This document shows, one piece after another, positions 54,584 to 59,404 of a stretch of 59,404 nucleotides of DNA; positions within the stretch are counted from its first letter, which is position 1, and each line of letters starts with the position of its first letter. Under the pieces are notes generated by a model that searched no databases, was not told the origin of the DNA, and saw only the letters and a list, made by a program, of their open reading frames with translations. Origin of the DNA: Kudoa neothunni (Eukaryota; Animalia; Cnidaria); the NCBI GenBank assembly GCA_964304625.1, contig OZ199840.1:8287053-8346456 (forward strand), read 5' to 3'. The position numbers and the translations under genes are program-made.

Positions 54584-56228
54584 AGTTTTAACGGACCAAG
54601 AGAAGAATTATTCGACAAATCGAAAGGAATTGCTCGCGATAGTGAATGGTTTGAAGGAGTTTAGACCGTACCTGTTGGGAAGGAAGTTTACCATACGAAC
54701 TGATCATTCAAGCTTGAAATCGTTAATGAATTATAAAGATTTGACAGGGCAACTAGCAAGGTGGATGGAATATATTAGTGATTTCGACTTTTGTATAATT
54801 CATAGAAAGGGTCAAATGCATGACAATGCTGATGCGTTATCGCGTACAACCCAATGTGCTATGGTTGAATTGGGTGCTGGAGTTTGTTTGGATGATGAAA
54901 TTAAAGAGAGACAAATGAGTGATTCGTGTATTCAAATGGTGATGAATAGTTTACGAGAGAATAAATCATTGAATGTGAGATTACTTGATAAAAGAACACA
55001 TGCTCTGTGGATGTGTAGAAGCTCATTGAGGATAATTGATAATGTGCTGTATAGAGTATGGTCAGATAATTTCGATAAAAGTCATTTAAGAATTGTTATT
55101 CCCCAATCAATGGTTAGCAAGATAATTGAATTAGCACACAACAGTTTGACATCTGGTCACTTGGGCTCAGATAGAACTCTAAGCAGACTACAACCCATTT
55201 GTTATTGGCCTCTTCAGAGGAAAGACGTCGTACGATGGTGTTTGTCTTGTCATGTCTGCGCTCAAAGGAATCGTTTGAATAGGCCTTACAAAAGAGAGCT
55301 AATGTTAGACAAATCAAGCGAACCTTTGGAAAGAATTGGTGTAGATATTGTAGGGCCGCTTCCAATTACTGATCGAGGTAATCGTTTTATTTTGGTAGTG
55401 ATGGATTACTATACAAAATATTGTGAGGCATATCCATTGCCCGATCAGTCAGCGAAAACAATTTCACAGGTATTGGTAGAAGAATTTATCGCCAGATACG
55501 GCATCCCCAAAAGTATTCATTCTGATAGAGGTGGCTGTTTTGAGTCTGAAATTTATGGTGAGACATTGAGATGTTTGGGTATAAAGAAGACGAGAACTAC
55601 AGCTTATTATCCGCAGTCAAATGGAATGGTTGAAAGGTTTAATCGGACTCTAATTGACTCATTGGCGAAAATTTGTACTGATAAGAAAAACTGGGATAAC
55701 TACCTTTTTTTTGTATTGTGGGCTTATCGGTCATCAATTCACGAAAAGACAAAAGCTACACCTAATTTGATGATGTTTGGTCGGGAACATAGAACAACTT
55801 TGGAGCTGATTCTTGGAGAAAATCAGAATATTCCAAATCATAACAGAGAATTTATTTACAATTTTAATAACATTTACAAGAAGGTGAATATGCAAATAGA
55901 AAAAGAAAATCTAAGGAGATTGAATCAATCTCATAAGATCACACATGGACCGACATATTTACCAGGAGACAAAGTATGGTTAATGAAGCAAATTCGAAAT
56001 AATAAATTAGATGATTACTGGATTGGACCTTATTCAATTATTAAGAAGATTAATGAAAGGATTTACAAAGTTGATATCGATGGGAGAGTGGAAACAATAA
56101 ATTACGATAAGCTCAAACCGGCTGAAAATTATAAAGAAGATACTTATGGCAACTTTGGTGGTGCAAATGAAGGCACGGAAAAAAGAACACGAAAATCTCC
56201 GTCGTGGTTAAAAGATTTTGAATGTTAA
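54534..56228 (+). CDS. Pol remnant: C-terminal RNase H plus complete integrase (HHCC, DDE, GPY/F)
   Basis: GYSSRVL..EKNYST..ELLAIV, TDHSSL, ADALSR, H..GHLG...CHVC, VDIVGP, SDRG, NGMVERFNR, GPY. Confidence 0.92.
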   Translation: MERIEDVSEKVMGYSSRVLTDQEKNYSTNRKELLAIVNGLKEFRPYLLGRKFTIRTDHSSLKSLMNYKDLTGQLARWMEYISDFDFCIIHRKGQMHDNADALSRTTQCAMVELGAGVCLDDEIKERQMSDSCIQMVMNSLRENKSLNVRLLDKRTHALWMCRSSLRIIDNVLYRVWSDNFDKSHLRIVIPQSMVSKIIELAHNSLTSGHLGSDRTLSRLQPICYWPLQRKDVVRWCLSCHVCAQRNRLNRPYKRELMLDKSSEPLERIGVDIVGPLPITDRGNRFILVVMDYYTKYCEAYPLPDQSAKTISQVLVEEFIARYGIPKSIHSDRGGCFESEIYGETLRCLGIKKTRTTAYYPQSNGMVERFNRTLIDSLAKICTDKKNWDNYLFFVLWAYRSSIHEKTKATPNLMMFGREHRTTLELILGENQNIPNHNREFIYNFNNIYKKVNMQIEKENLRRLNQSHKITHGPTYLPGDKVWLMKQIRNNKLDDYWIGPYSIIKKINERIYKVDIDGRVETINYDKLKPAENYKEDTYGNFGGANEGTEKRTRKSPSWLKDFEC

Positions 56229-56242
56229 AGCAAGCTTCAATC

Positions 56243-56255
56243 GGGAGAGAGAAAG
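56243..56255 (+). other. Polypurine tract
   Basis: GGGAGAGAGAAAG immediately 5' of the 3' LTR. Confidence 0.85.
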
Positions 56256-56384
56256 TGTTATACGCAGAGTATTAACTTTGTAGTGTTTTTACCCTTCTAT
56301 AAAAAGGGTTATTACGATATCGATTGGGTCCGTAAATAAGTGTTTCTATGGCGTGTCCTGAACAGAATTCGAACGACATTAACA
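56256..56384 (+). repeat. 3' LTR (129 bp)
   Basis: Identical to the 5' LTR. Confidence 0.96.
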
Positions 56385-57241
56385 TCAAGGAGATTGCAAG
56401 AGAGTTCTTCATCAGCATTTGACGCATCTTCCCGCGGAGCGTCTTTTTTGCTCATATCATCAGATCCATCCAGAGTATCTTGCTCTTGATTTGTAGCCAC
56501 CTGGGGTGCAAGCTCATCTGCTTGCGTACAAAATTTGGACGCCACAGCACCATTGGATGACTCAGAAATCGCCAAATTTTCTTCGCCATTATCGGTCAAG
56601 CGCTGCTCGCGCGTGCTGTCGTCCGTCAAAATGCCAAAATCAGCAATTTTTGGCATATTCGCTTCCTCATTAGAATTTTTGAGATCGTCATTGTCGATAA
56701 CTAATGAGGGGCCATCTACTCTCCTCAAAGGCGCAGAATTTTCTTCAACCGTCACCGCGAGCTCACCATCAACTGATTCTGACGAATTCTTTGAAGATGG
56801 CTCTACGACAACAACATCATTAGAATCAACATTACCTCGATTAGCAGTAGGAACAAGCTCAGAAACATCAAGCGTCAGATCTGGCAGAACGAGCACTTTG
56901 TCGCCATTGATGAGTTCGCTTGGAAGTTCGCCTAGGCGAACTTCCTCACGCACTCCATGGCAGAACTTACAAAGTACCACTTGAAGCGATGTTTCAGCGG
57001 TTTTCAGCTTCGTTCGAAGCTTCTTCAATGAGGACTTCTCATCACTCGTCAACGGCTCATGGCGTCCAAGTAGCGATGAGATCTCACTATCAGCACTCTG
57101 TTTTCGCAAACGAATGCGTTCATATTCTCCAGCTAACTTCACTAACGTTGGCAAGCGATGTCCTTTACCTCGACCATTAGTATAGGCCAGAAAATACAAC
57201 GACATAATGTCGCGTGGTGGGGTTTCACAACTTCCACTCAT
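56385..57241 (-). CDS. N-terminal part of the retrotransposon ORF
   Basis: Removing the Gypsy element and one TSD gives the in-frame join EELSCNLLD-AKKNFFVLARPSRR; 857+3484 nt = 1447 codons (1446 aa plus stop). Confidence 0.9.
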
Positions 57242-57333
57242 CGCACAATCTTCTAACTAGCGTCGTTAGATTCAGCAGATAAAATTAGATAAAACTATCC
57301 GCAAAAAGTTTATCCAAACTCCCTCAAAAACAA

Positions 57334-57406
57334 TGTCGAAACCCGGGATCGAACCAGGGACCTTTAGATCTTCAGTCTAACGCTCTCCCATCTGAGCTAT
57401 TTCGAC
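57334..57406 (-). tRNA. tRNA-Phe(GAA), intact
   Basis: GTCGAAATAGCTCAGATGGGAGAGCGTTAGACTGAAGATCTAAAGGTCCCTGGTTCGATCCCGGGTTTCGACA, followed by a TTGTTTTT terminator. Confidence 0.97.
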
Positions 57407-58043
57407 CTCCGACTGTTGGGGTTGGAATGATTATCTAAAATATAATGAAAGATTGTTGGATATTTCAGTGTAGAAGTTTTGTTTATTATACAAGGTTGTA
57501 TTTTAAAATGTTTTTTATATAATCGCTTTTATTATACCGGTGTTAATAATATTGATATAACGTTTCTTAACATTAGAAGGCACTTGTTATTAATTTAATG
57601 TGGCGCTGTAGAAAAACACTCTGTTTATAATGATACCAGATAAATGCCGCTTAGAGGGATAATCTATTGTTTATTATACTGCATATGTTATTTAACATAA
57701 GCAATCCCGTCACACACTAGAAAAAATTAGCATAAAGCACAACGTACCTTTTTTCCGCTACTAAATTAATGAAATAAAATAACCAAAAATTTCATTATTT
57801 TGTGCAATTACTTCGTAAAATAGATTATCTTTTATGGTCCTCACACCGAAATTGGGAACAATAATCACATAATAATAGACTCTTTCAACAAAATTTTGGC
57901 GCAAATTGCAACCAACAATTTGTGCGTTAATGATTTTATTAATTAGTTCTGAATTCAAATTTGTTTCTTCGAAATCAATATCTGCTTTTATTAGCTCTAT
58001 ACATGGGATCTGAAAATATTCCTTTCTTAGTCTGCTTCTTGTA

Positions 58044-58470
58044 TCATAACCTTAGTTCGGATTGTTTTTGACAATAAAACAATAATAAGTTCCAAGCAGT
58101 TATATTTACTAGATTATACAATATTGTCGTAAGACATTCTTTATTTATTATTTTCATCAAGTGATATTTTACATGCTGGTTTAAAATGGCTACACCTCCC
58201 CTTGTTGAGTTGTGGTATTCGATTACTATCGGTTTTCTTGATTTTTCGTCGAATTTGCAAGTATTTAGTAGAAAACTGAGTAAAACTCGAGATTTATGCT
58301 TATATGCATTAAACCTGGAAAATGTAACCTTGTTTTGAAACCAGAAAAAACGTATGCTCACAGTACCTTTCGAATATTGAAGTTTTTTGTAACTAAATTC
58401 TTTCGTTTTTTCTTAGAGTCCCGAAAACAGTCTGTTGTGTCCAAATTTAGAAAGCGGTTAGCAAAAGAAA
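58044..58470 (-). pseudogene. Decayed piggyBac (PGBD-like) transposase
   Basis: KPIVIEYHNSTRGGVAILNQ...LYNLVNITAWN (cf. KP.II.YYN.TKGGVD.LDQ...FYN.LDIA..N). Confidence 0.75.
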
Positions 58471-59404
58471 ACACGATGACACAAAATACAACAAAATAAA
58501 GAGAACTAGCAGCTAATTTGGAGTTTATATAAGATGAATCATTATTAGCGGCAGTCGCATTGTGGAGGAATCATCGGGAAGGGAACGACATTAGGTGTGT
58601 GTGTATGTGGAAGACAGGGAGACAGATATGGATGATTTTCCTTTACCATTTCGTAGATGCGTGCATAATACAATTGGGATAATTATACAGAGGATGATTG
58701 GTCTTGATTTTGATGGCATAGATTACTTACAGTGGATTCTTCCAAGAATTTGTCATAGCTGGGAACAGATTATGTACATAACACAGTCATTCTTCGTTCA
58801 AGCAGGTATGTAGCCAATAATGATGTAATGAAAAAGCTATTCATTGTGATATAACGCCCTGACTTGGGGAGGAACATTGACTAGTACGTAACAACATTTT
58901 CACTTTGATTTGATCCTTACTGTTTATTTTCTTTCCAGTAATATATCATTCCATTATAAAAACTCTCTCAATTAAGTTATAGTTATTTATAATTTTGATT
59001 GAATTTCTCAAATAATAATCTCACAGGCGAGATTTTGTCTATTTTATTCCTACTAGATCTTATATCAAATATTAAACATGAGGTGCTTTGTTTATAGTTA
59101 TTGGGTGGAATGAGTTTTTACCACTTTTTTTCATAATGTAATCTCCAAAATCCTTGTTTTTACATTTTAAGAGACTCATCGAGATAACGGTATCCTAAAT
59201 TTTTTTTAGTTTAGTCAAGATGATTTCTTTTAATATTCATAATGTCTTACAATAAAATCGTCCGACGAAATTACTAAGCTTCTCAAGAATTTTATTGTCA
59301 ACAAATTCTATCGGTGTATTATTTGAAGAATTAATGATTCTAATATATTTCAAAGTTTACGCTGGTAACTTTAAATATATTTTCACCACAGAGTCTTATT
59401 TTTC

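Larger units (their letters stand above)
53724..56384 (+). mobile_element. Gypsy/Ty3 LTR retrotransposon lacking protease and RT, recent insertion
   Basis: Identical 129-bp TG..CA LTRs, 5-bp TSD TCAAG (53719-53723, 56385-56389), PBS, PPT, gag, partial RNase H and integrase. Confidence 0.96.
50179..57331 (-). mobile_element. Site-specific RLE-type (R2/NeSL group) non-LTR retrotransposon inserted in tRNA-Phe; interrupted by a Gypsy element
   Basis: Flanked by a 38-bp direct repeat (50141-50178, 57332-57369); ~90-nt 5'UTR, single ORF, 56-nt 3'UTR. Confidence 0.9.

Noticed and set aside
50439-57180. Many 60-150-aa overlapping or antisense ORFs
   Set aside because: Shadow frames of the more GC-rich retroelement coding regions, with no motifs.
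56312-57241. 309-aa ORF as an independent gene or ORF1
   Set aside because: Its last ~24 codons are antisense LTR sequence; it joins the RT ORF in frame once the Gypsy element is removed.
50141-57369. Prophage- or integrase-type attL/attR at a tRNA
   Set aside because: The geometry is similar, but there is no tyrosine or serine recombinase; the only integrase belongs to the nested Gypsy element, which has its own LTRs and TSD.
58560-58900. 72-aa ORF or possible LINE 3' fragment
   Set aside because: No diagnostic motif on either strand.
1-59404. CRISPR array or rRNA
   Set aside because: No regularly spaced repeats or rRNA-like sequence seen.

Overview
AT-rich eukaryotic DNA with many short (~35-60 nt) GT-AG introns and divergent animal-like proteins, suggesting a compact, fast-evolving animal, possibly a myxozoan-like parasite (inference). 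Host genes: THOC5 (with an intronic tRNA-His), GNB1L/ASA1, CDIPT, WDR55, a secreted five-Kunitz-domain protein, ASCC2, a Misshapen/MAP4K4-type kinase, a probably disrupted OXA1/COX18-family gene, PDCL3 and a small coiled-coil orphan. These are interspersed with Tc1, pogo/Tigger, hAT, piggyBac, Merlin and Helitron-like remnants. The most striking feature is at 50.1-57.4 kb: a single-ORF RT + restriction-like-endonuclease (R2/NeSL-group) non-LTR retrotransposon inserted in the anticodon loop of tRNA-Phe(GAA). A 38-bp duplication leaves a complete tRNA-Phe upstream and a tRNA 3' half downstream. A decayed older relative of the element lies immediately beyond that half-tRNA, implying serial re-use of a self-regenerating target. 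The element's ORF (1446 aa when rejoined) is split by a recent Gypsy LTR element that lacks protease and RT. All protein assignments are from motif recognition by eye; no searches were run.
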